NCBI GenBank assembly: GCA_951406725.2
Contig: OX597817.1
Coordinates: 124,000,001-124,064,000, forward strand
Reading direction: 5' to 3'
Length of the DNA stretch: 64,000 nt
Source of the DNA: Octopus vulgaris
Taxonomy: Eukaryota
Shown: positions 54,339 to 64,000 of the stretch, piece after piece
Position numbering within the stretch: the first letter of the stretch is position 1
Layout of the letters: each line of letters opens with the position of its first letter
Program-made: the position numbers and the translations under genes
Notes under the pieces: model-generated
What the model saw: the letters and a program-made list of their open reading frames with translations, nothing else
Databases searched by the model: none
Told to the model about the DNA's origin: nothing

Positions 54339-54646
54339 TTTATAAATTTATCGATGAATTTTTTATAGAATTCAGAGCTTGCACTGCAAGTTACAATGTT
54401 TTGTATGTGAATATGTCCATGTAAATACTAGCTAAAACTGGTAGATATTTAAGCAAAGCATTGTAGATAGTTGATGGGTTGGATGTGTCCCTGATGAAAG
54501 AGCAATAATTCTTGAAATATGCATATACAACCATTATCAATTTTTATCAGTTGCATTGTTTACATAGACATATTCGTGTACAAAATGTTGTAACTTGCAG
54601 TGCTGGCTTTGAATTCTATGGAAAGTCTTCAGAGATAAACTTTAAA
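54339..54646. mobile_element. Fold-back element (arms of about 90 bp) enclosing a hammerhead-like core
   Basis: Arms 54339-54427 / 54557-54646; CTGATGA-AAGAG-caataa-TTCTT-GAA-ATAT at 54491-54520. Confidence 0.7.
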
Positions 54647-54877
54647 ATGATAGCATTTTCTATACAATAGTTTATTGATATTTTCTTTTGAAATCTTCAA
54701 GGGTGTGAAATAGATATTTATTTCTGGCGTGTAAAATGTTATATATTTACACATAGTTCTTGTAATTCTCATGAGTGAAGTAAAAGATATTCACTACGTA
54801 TATATTTTCTTGGATTGATGATGGTACTTCAGCATTGTTAGTATGCAAAATGTAGAAATTTCATTATGTAACTATGC

Positions 54878-55400
54878 TTCTTCATTTTCTTCTTCTTCTT
54901 CTTCTTCTTCTTCTTCTTCTTCTTCTTCTTCTTCTTCTTCTTCTTCTTCATTTCCCTCCCCTCCTTCTCCTCCTTTTCTTCTTCCTCCCCTCCTCTTCTT
55001 CCTCTCCTCCTCCTATTCCTCTTTTTCTTCTGTTGCTTCTTACTCCTTTCTTTCTCCTTTCTCCACACTATCTCCCTTTCTTCTACTTCCTCCTACTCCT
55101 CTTTCTCTTCTTCTTCCTTCCTTCCCTCCTCCTTCTCTTCTTCTTTGCCCTCCCTTTCCTCCTCATCTTTCTTTTTTCTTCTTCCCCCTCCTCTCCTCTA
55201 TTTTCTTCTTCTTTCTCTACTTCTACATCCCATCCCCTCCTCTTCTTCTGTTTCTTCTATTTTTCTGCCTCCCCTCCTCCTCTTTGCCCTCCCCTTCCTC
55301 CTTTTATTCTTCTCCTTCCACTCCTCTTCCTCTTCTTCCTTCTCCACTTACCCTCCTCTTCCTTCTTCTTATTCTTCTTCACCACCACTACCATCATCTT
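54878..55400. repeat. (TTC)n and a polypyrimidine low-complexity tract of about 500 bp
   Basis: Directly visible. Confidence 0.95.
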
Positions 55401-56095
55401 CTAATTTTCCCTTTCTATGCTAGCATAGGCTGGATGGTTTGATAAGGATCTGTTGGGTCCTAAGAACTTCATCATACTCCAGTGTTTGCTTTGACGTTGT
55501 TTCTATGGCTGGATGCCTTTCCTAACACCAACAGCTTTATAATGTATTCTGGGTGCTTTTTACATGTCACAGACTCTACTGAGCTCAACAAGTAGCTTGC
55601 AAGTCTATAAAAAACCTGAGGAGGTGGCACATCCTTCCCTTAAATGGCAGTTAAGTTATGAGAAATGAGGTTCGGGTAGAGCTGTTTGATGTTGTGAAGG
55701 AGCTATATGGCTACTCACATTCAGGAGAGACACAGATAATGAACTGGTGGTATCTCCAAAAGGATGATATAGTGCTGTTGAGGTTTTGTATTGCTAAGAG
55801 AAATTAATATAATTGTTATGGCAAGTAGTTGCAATACCATAGCTGTAATGTAACATTGTAACCTAGCATAAAAACTCAATAACACAGTGGTATGACTTTC
55901 AAACTGAAGGTTTTTTATAAATATTAGGTGCAGAAGTGGTTGTGGGGTATCAAACTTGCTTCCCAACCACATGGTTCTGGATTCAGTCCCAGTGTGTTGC
56001 ACATCAGGCAAATGTCTTCTGCTATAGCCCTCAGCTTACTTAGTCCCCTGTGAGTTGATCTAGTTGATCCAGTAGTCAAAAACTGAAAGATGAAA

Positions 56096-56127
<32 letters not shown>

Positions 56128-56130
<3 letters not shown>

Positions 56131-56467
56131 TTATATATAAAAGTGAAGTTGTGTGTCTGTCTCCTATGATTTAGATTCCTAACTACTCTCACATTTTGCG
56201 GTGCAGTGTAACCAAAACCGGGTATCTTATAGTTAGTGTGCATCTACGATTAGTCTACGATTTAAAAAATAATTTACCAGCATTTTTTTCCATTTAAATG
56301 CATTTTTTTCGCTATTATATAAAAATGTCTACGATGAGTCAACGATTTAAAAAAAAAATTACCATAATTTTTAATGCACTTTTTTGCTATTTTTGGCTAT
56401 AACTCTCTAAAAATGCTTTATAGTTATTTCCCTTCCAAACCCGAGCAACGCCGGGCAATACTGCTAG
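56128..56467 (+). mobile_element. Non-autonomous Helitron
   Basis: A|TC...cccgagcaacgccggg...CTAG|T in (TA)n; 5' part matches the 30439 copy, 3' part matches the 19602 copy. Confidence 0.85.
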
Positions 56468-56496
56468 TATATACATATATATATATATATATATAC

Positions 56497-56904
56497 ACTC
56501 TTCTACTTGTTTCAGTCATTTGACTGTGACCATGCTGGAGCATTACGTTTAGTTGAGCAAATCGACACCAGGACTTATTCCTTGTAAGCCTTGTACTTAT
56601 TCTATTGGTCTCTTTTGCTGAGCCACTAAGTTAAGGGGACGTAAACACACCACCATCGGTTGCCAAGCGATGCTGGGGGGACAAACACAGACACACAAAC
56701 ATATAGACATACATACACATACATATACATATATACATATATATGACGGGCTTCTTTCAGTTTCCGTCTACCAAATCTCATGAGGCCTTGGTCAGCTCAA
56801 GGCTATAGTAGAAGACATTTGCCCAAGGTGCCACGCAGTGGGACTGAACCCAGAACCATGTGGTTGGTAAGCAAGCTACTTACTACACAGCCACTCCTGC
56901 GCCT
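56497..56904 (-). mobile_element. SINE family B
   Basis: Reverse complement of the 16342-type element. Confidence 0.9.
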
Positions 56905-57309
56905 ATATATATGTATGTATATACACACACACACACATATATACACTGTCAGACAGACAGACAGATAAATATAGCCGGTCTGTGGGCTTACCCAACCATA
57001 TCTATCTATCTATCTATCTGTCTATCTATCTATCAATCTATCTATCTATATGTCTATCTATTACTCTACTGTTCTATAACGTAGAGTGTGATTCTATTTT
57101 GGATTTAGGAATTACTGAAGCTTGTGGTTGTTTACTCCTTATGCAGAGTCTGACTACCTCCTGTACCTACACCTGTGATCCATCATAGCATCTGCTGTGG
57201 CCTTTTAAACCAGACAATGTTTTGAGAAGGCACCCATATAGATTGCATATCCGATTTGGACCACCAAAAGCTGCAGTTAAGTTATATAGATAGATAGATA
57301 AATTACAGT

Positions 57310-57670
57310 ACTTCATCGGTTACAATGATGAGGTTTCCAGTTGATCCAATCAATGGAACAAACTGCTCATGAAATTAAAATGCAAGTAGCTGAGCACTTC
57401 ACAGACATGTGTACCCTTAATAATAGTACTTGTGGTGATTCAGCGTGACATAGAGTGTGACAAGGCTGGCCCTTTGAAATACAGCTACAACAGAAACAGG
57501 AAGAAAGAGTGAGAGAAAGTTGTGGTGAAAGAGTTCACCACTACCCCCTGTCAGAGCTTCATGGAGCTTTAAGAGTTTTTGCTCAATAAAGAGTACAACA
57601 CCCGGTCTGAGAATCGAAACTGCGATCCTATGACAGCGGATCCGCTGCCTTAACCACTGGACCATTGTAC
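57310..57670 (-). mobile_element. SINE family D, tail type 3
   Basis: Minus strand tggtccagtggttaaggcagcggatcc...gtttcgattctcagaccggg head; body as 12899; different tail. Confidence 0.8.
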
Positions 57671-59132
57671 CTACATGATAGATAGATAGATAGATGGATA
57701 GATGGATGGATGGATGGATGGATGGATGGATGGATGGATGGATGGATGGATAGATAGATAGATAGATAAATAGACAGATAGATACATGCACACATATAGA
57801 TATGTGTATATAATTTTATGTGCGTACATGTGTGTGTGTGTGTGTGATGTGTGTATCTTTGTGTTTGTTTCCACAACCACTTGAAAACTACTGTTAGTTT
57901 GTTTACGCTCTTGTTTCTTAATGGCTTTAGAAAAGTGACTAAGTAAATGAGTACCAGAATTAAAAGTCATTTAGTGAAAAACCCTTCAAGCTGGTGTGAC
58001 AGCAGAACCACAGTCCAATGACTGTTGCATGTAAAAGATACAAGATGCATGCATATTTAGTATTCTGTCATTAAATGCTGTTGTTGAGAAGTGATACATT
58101 TTGAGGAAATTATAGATATTATTTTCTATGTTAGAATATTTTATTTTACAATATTTGAAAAAAAAAGAAAGAAAAGTTTATTTGCAAAAAATGAACTAGA
58201 GTAAAAGAAGAGCAATGAAGGTACAACAACAATGATCAAAAATCTGGGCCCTTTTCAAATATAATATTTTTAAAAAAAATACTTGAATCTATGCATGTGT
58301 ACATGCGGTAGTATATATCAGTTAGATTGCTGAACATGTAACAGAATGATATAAGAATGTGTAAATGTAGCAGGTTTTAAATTTCCTGAGTCAGCAGAAA
58401 TGCTGATAGAAGACACGTTCCAAAGAAAGTTCTTCACGCCTCAGGGACTTTGGAAGAGGGGATGTAAGAGAGATTGATTTATGCCTGACAGTGCCATAAG
58501 ATCTATCAGTAATGAGCAGAAGCCAAGGGACTCTCTGATTGATTTCTTGTTGGTGATATCCAAAATATTCCTAAAGGGGGCTCAAGAGATAAGTACACCA
58601 ACCAGTTAATGATTGGCTGAAACTAGTCATGTGATTACAATGCCGCACTTTCAGTTAGGTCAGGAGATAAAAATATATTTTGTTGGTAAAAAAAAATATC
58701 TATGACAGGTTTTAGCCAATGAAAATACTTTGATGGTTTTTGAACATTTTTTTAAGCTCAAACTTGTTTTTCACTAATAGGATCGCAGTTAACAAGTGTT
58801 GCATTTGAAGAGTTCTATTTGCATGTGTCTCCATTGATTTTACATGCTATTATGGAAGTGTATTGAACATAGGTGTGTGTATGTGTGTGCGTGCACGCAC
58901 ATGCATGTATGTGGGTAATGAGAAGAGAAGAAAACATGTAGCTACCTGCTGACAACGTTTTTCTGTCTTCTAAGGGTAAATGCTGAATCTTACTTTGCTG
59001 TTTTCAAAGCTATTCTACATTTGAAAATTACTCTCTTGATTTTAAAATAGAAACGGATTTTTATTATGAGTGTATGTATGTTATGAAAAGCAAACAGAAG
59101 CAAGTATGAAAGGGCAAGAATATAAGAATACC

Positions 59133-59531
59133 ATGTGTGGTAAGTAGCTTGTTTACCAACCACATGGTTCCGGGTTCAGTCCCACTGCGTGGCACCTTGG
59201 GCAAGTGTCTTCTACTATAGCCTCAGGCCGACCAAAGCCTTGTGAGTGGATTTAGTAGATGGAAGCTGAAAGAAGCCCGTCGTATATATGTATATATATA
59301 TACATATGTGTGCGTATATGTTCGTGTGTCTGTGTTTGTCCCCCTAGCATTGCTTGACAACCGATGCTGGTGTGCTTATGTCCCCGTCACTTAGCAGTTC
59401 AGCAAAAGAGGCCGATAGATTAAGTATTGGGCTTACAAAGAATAAGTCCCGGGGTCGAGTTGCTCGATTAAAGGCGGTACTCCAGCATGGCCGCAGTCAA
59501 AAGACTGAAACAAGTAAAAAGAGTAAGAGTA
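59133..59531 (+). mobile_element. SINE family B
   Basis: Same as 16342. Confidence 0.92.
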
Positions 59532-59884
59532 TATACTCTCATAAATGCATCTTTCCCTGTGGTTTACTTTATATTTTCACTTACTGACATAAATCTCACC
59601 AGAGGGAGATCTATGAGGTTTTTAACAGCAACAACTCTCTCAAACAGCACCCTATTATCTTAAGATAAGGTTGCTTCAGAATACATTGTTTTCAGTACAC
59701 TTTAAGAATTCCCTTGATAATAAGTATAAGTGATCAGTGATGACCAGAGGCTACATGCAACTGGAAAATGAAAGAGTAATATAACATGGAAATGCGCACT
59801 AAATAATTATATATATATATATATATATATACATATGTGTGTGTATGTATATATATATATATCTATATATCTATATACATACAC

Positions 59885-59915
<31 letters not shown>

Positions 59916-59929
59916 ACATATATATATAC

Positions 59930-59982
<53 letters not shown>

Positions 59983-59997
59983 TATATACATATATAC

Positions 59998-60057
<60 letters not shown>

Positions 60058-60076
60058 TTACACAACACATATTTAT

Positions 60077-60108
<32 letters not shown>

Positions 60109-60801
60109 GCATATACACATACACAAACATAAAACCCACTATCACTACAAATTTCTTTATTTCACAAACTGAACATATTGTTGCCAGTTCTAATAATCCA
60201 ATAGTGTTTCTTTATTATTGAGTGTTGAAAAGCTACATCAGATAAAAGATCATGGATTGCTTTTCACACTACAGATATGTGTTGATAAGTGTTGAAATTC
60301 CTATGTTTACACTCCTTTAATTAGATATTTTCCTAATTAGAGTTGACAAGCTTTGTAGTTATGCAATCTTTAGACAGTTATACTTAATATAGTCAAAACA
60401 AAATTTACTTTGTTCAAACTATTAAATACACTAACTGACATGTGATCTAGTTGTTTATTGGCTTTTAACATAGTTAGTTGTAAAGTTTACATTACTGGTT
60501 GGGATCGATACTAAACTGCTAGAAAACCTGCTGAAGAGGCTTCATTCCATTCTGATCTCACCAAAACCAATGCTCAAGATGTGAAAACAGAGATGATGAG
60601 AGAGAGAGAGGAGGGGCTGCACCCACACTCAGCTGGTACTGATTTTCAGCTGAGTAGACTGGAGTAACATGAAATTAAGCACTTTGCTCAAAGACATAAA
60701 TGCTGTCTGGTTCAGGAATCAAATCCCAAATCCTTATGAATGTAAGCCATGCATTTTCTCAGAATTCACAAATAAACTGCATGTATATATATATATATAT
60801 G

Positions 60802-60993
60802 CAGGTGGCACGTAAAAAAGCACCCACTACACTCTTGGAGTGGTTGGCGTTAGGAAGGGCATCCAGCTGTAGAGACTCTGCCAGATCAAGACTGGAGTCT
60901 GGTGCAGCCATCTGGTTGCCAGCCCTCAGTCAAAACCATCCAACCCATGCTAGCATGGAAAACAGACGTTAAACGATGATGATGATGATGATG
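60802..60993 (+). mobile_element. SINE family C, 3' part
   Basis: ggcgttaggaagggcatccagctgtag...gacgttaaacgatgatgatg. Confidence 0.88.
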
Positions 60994-61076
60994 ATATAGA
61001 TAGATAGATAGATGTGTGTGTACTCATACATATACATATATATTTAGTAATTTATTTATGTGTATATATATATATA

Positions 61077-61406
61077 TAATTTTTGAGTTAGAAAACTGAG
61101 AGATCCAATAGATTAATTAATTTATTAATTAACATATTCACCTACAATTGCTTCATTTCACAACCAAAATTAAAATTACAAAACATATATAGATATATAA
61201 TTTTGCATTTTAAATAGCTTGTATGGAAAATCAACAGGGTGTACAAAGGACAGACAAGGTATTTAAAATGCAAAATCCTATATTCATATATGTTTTCTAA
61301 TTCTAATTTTGTTTGTGAAATGAAACAATTGTAGGCGAATATGTTAATTAATTAATAAATTAACTTTTATCCATTGGACCTCTCTGTTTTTTTAACTCGA
61401 TATTAT
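61077..61406. repeat. Fold-back inverted repeat, arms of about 150 bp, next to (TA)n
   Basis: 61077-61222 versus 61254-61406 (for example ttaattaacatattcacctacaattg / caattgtaggcgaatatgttaattaa). Confidence 0.9.
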
Positions 61407-61628
61407 TTACAATATTTTATATAATATATTAATTGAAGAAATATTTCTTCAAAATATACATTAAACCAGTGTATCTTGGATAAAAATATTCCTATAAGAG
61501 GTTTAAAGATACTCAGTGTGACTATATATATATATTTATATGACTGCTATTTCTAAATTCGGTGTGTGGTAAGGCAATTCGTTGCTAAACCCTTAATTGC
61601 TTAGTATATATATATATATATATATATA

Positions 61629-61900
61629 GGAAGAGTTTACGAAAAAAACAAAAGACGAAGACAGGTGGTGTAAAAAACAAACAGATGTATTAGTATAATG
61701 CTCAGGAATAAAAAAAGTATTTTACGTTTTGAGCCTACACTCTTCTACAGAAAGGGACACAGAAAAAACAAGGAGAGAAAAAAATGTGTGTAGTGGCTAA
61801 CGATCTATCATGGTGACTAGTGCCGGACAAAAGGGTCAAACACAAGAAGGAAAGTAGGGGAGATAACAAGGTAAAGATGACCCCCAACACAAAGGGTATC
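61629..61900 (-). mobile_element. Short element in (TA)n with hammerhead-like motif; same family as 29993
   Basis: Motif CTTT-CTGTAGA-A-GAGT-gtag-GCTC-AAA-ACGT-A-AAAT at 61719-61754 (minus). Confidence 0.7.
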
Positions 61901-61974
61901 TATGTGTAGATGTGAGGATGGGTGTGTGGGTGGTGTGTTGTGTGATGTTGTATGGTGTAGTGTGGTGTGGTGTG

Positions 61975-62008
<34 letters not shown>

Positions 62009-62229
62009 ATATCTATATGTGTATGTATGTATATATCTATACATGTATATATGTATATATCTATATGTATATATATATATATATGTATATATATATGTAT
62101 ATATCTAAATGCCTATATATATATATATGTATATATGTGTGTGTGTGTATGTATGTATGTATATATATATGTATTTATCAATATGTATATACATATATAT
62201 ATGTATATATATATGTATTTATCAATACG

Positions 62230-62260
<31 letters not shown>

Positions 62261-62319
62261 GTATATATATATATATGTATTTATCAATATGTATATATAT
62301 ATGTATATATATATATGTA

Positions 62320-62368
<49 letters not shown>

Positions 62369-62390
62369 ATATAAGTTTATATACATATTC

Positions 62391-62452
<62 letters not shown>

Positions 62453-62508
62453 GTTTATATATTATCCAAGGTGTATGGTATTATATGTCCATGTGCCCAT
62501 TATGACCG

Positions 62509-62589
62509 ATCTTACCAATTGGTTTCCTGCTAGTGATTTAACAGTGTTAGGTAACAATCTGATTATGTAACCCTGCACTCATCAGAGAT
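62509..62589 (-). ncRNA. Type I hammerhead-like motif with canonical core
   Basis: ATCT-CTGATGA-GTGCAG-(long loop)-CTAGCAG-GAA-ACCAATTGGT-A-AGAT; GUA site; first stem II pair is G.G. Confidence 0.8.
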
Positions 62590-62666
62590 ACCCAATAAGG
62601 AATGGAATATGGCAACCGCTCTCTATTGTTGAAAGTGAATAGATACATATGTATATAATTATATAT

Positions 62667-63583
62667 ATGGAGCCATCCCATAACTAATGTGTTTTTTTCA
62701 ATTGCATGAACTAAAAGTGAGAGGGGGTGGGATAAACTACTTGCATCAACTTGCTATAAAAGCAGGTTGTAATTTTACCTTGGCTTATTCTTAGTGTAAG
62801 TTCTGAAGTGTGCAGTTCGATTTTAACAGTTATTTTTTCAAAGCTACAATGAAAGTGACAAAGGAGCATATTTAGCTTTATGAGTTCAATAAAGGCAACA
62901 ACACAATGGAAAGTGTGAGGAATATTAATGCAGTATATGGGGATCAGCCAACATGTGTAAGCCAGTGTCAATGGTGGTTCCAGAAATTCCGAACCAGAAA
63001 CTACAGCCTAGAAGACAAGTCACATCCTGGAAGATCTGTAGAGCTCAATGAGGACATCCTGAAAAACATGGTGGAAGAAATCCCTTCATAAGTGTTGGGG
63101 AACTGACAGAGAAGCATGGATTTGATCATTCAATCATTCATCAACACCTGCGCTAGAAAAAAAAGTGACCATCTTTGGTTTGAAGATGAAATGTCTTCTT
63201 CCATAAGGATAATTGTTCAACCACATATAGCAAGGTTGACATTCAAAAGCTGGAGCAGTTTGAATGGGAAACGATGCCTCACCCACCATATTCACCAGAC
63301 ATTGCCCCATCTAATTATCATTTATTCCACAGTCTTCAAAATCATTTGGACAGAAAAAATATGAATTCTGTAGAAGAAGTCAGAAGAGTACTGGAGGAGC
63401 ATTTTTCCTCATGGGCAAAGGAATTTTGGAAGATGGGCCTTGTAAGTCTACCAGAGAGATAGAAGAGCATTGTTGAAAATGAAGGAGAGTATATTGTAGA
63501 TTAAAAAAAGAACTTCATTTATCTTAACTTTTAAAAACTAAAAGAAGAATCAAAAGGTCACATTATTTATGAGATGGCCCAAT
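62667..63583 (+). mobile_element. Internally deleted mariner, decayed
   Basis: TIR-like ends gccatcccataactaatgtg / cacattatttatgagatggc; WFQKFR...LEDKSHPGR and PHPPYSPDIAPSNYHLF (YSPDLAPSD motif). Confidence 0.92.
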
Positions 63584-64000
63584 ATGTGTATCCGAAGTAT
63601 TCAAGTTGAGTGTTCAAGTGGTCTTTAGAGTACATGATATTCTAGTAGCATTCTCCACTGTGCATAAACTCACATTTTTGTCTGCTATTTTCCCCTTATT
63701 CTTCCCTTGTGTTGCATTTGTTGCAAGCTGCTTTTAGATAAAGTAGTAAACATCTGTTTCTTCATTCGTAAAAGAAGTGTAATTACAAATCACTTTTGTT
63801 CTTAGTTCTCTTCTGATCCTCTTGGTATGTTTTCTCGTGTTCATTTTTTTGTTTTGGGGACTGGATTTTGCTTTATATGCTACTTCAGTGCTGCAAGCAT
63901 GTTTAAGTTAGCATGTCTTTCTTCCTTTAACTTGCAAACACTGAGGTCTTCAATCAAGCAGTATTGTTTAGTATCTATACTTTCTCATTCAGAACTTAAC

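Noticed and set aside
54843-55442. 199-aa Ser/Pro/Leu/Phe-rich ORF
   Set aside because: Polypyrimidine DNA contains no stop codons; no coding signature.

Overview
AT-rich, repeat-saturated eukaryotic non-coding DNA (intergenic or a large intron). The SINE families and the (TA)n/(CA)n/(AAT)n/(TATC)n microsatellite load resemble a coleoid cephalopod (Octopus) genome; this assignment is from recall, not a search. I cannot support any intact host protein-coding gene, and almost all supplied ORFs are microsatellite or SINE read-throughs. Recognisable content: four or five SINE families, decayed R4/Dong-like, RTE-like and CRE-like LINE pieces, a Penelope-like GIY-YIG C-terminal fragment, Tc1 remnants, two copies of one internally deleted mariner, MITEs, three non-autonomous Helitrons and an interstitial (CCCTAA)n tract inside inverted repeats. 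The most interesting signal is a dispersed set of about 9-11 minimal type I hammerhead-ribozyme-like motifs in short, unrelated non-coding elements. Most sit in (TA)n tracts, several lie within or beside long fold-back repeats, and one is fused to a tRNA-like Pol III head. Several have non-canonical cores (CCGAUGA, UAGAUAA, CUGUNGA). All motifs were read by eye, and most copies carry at least one core substitution.
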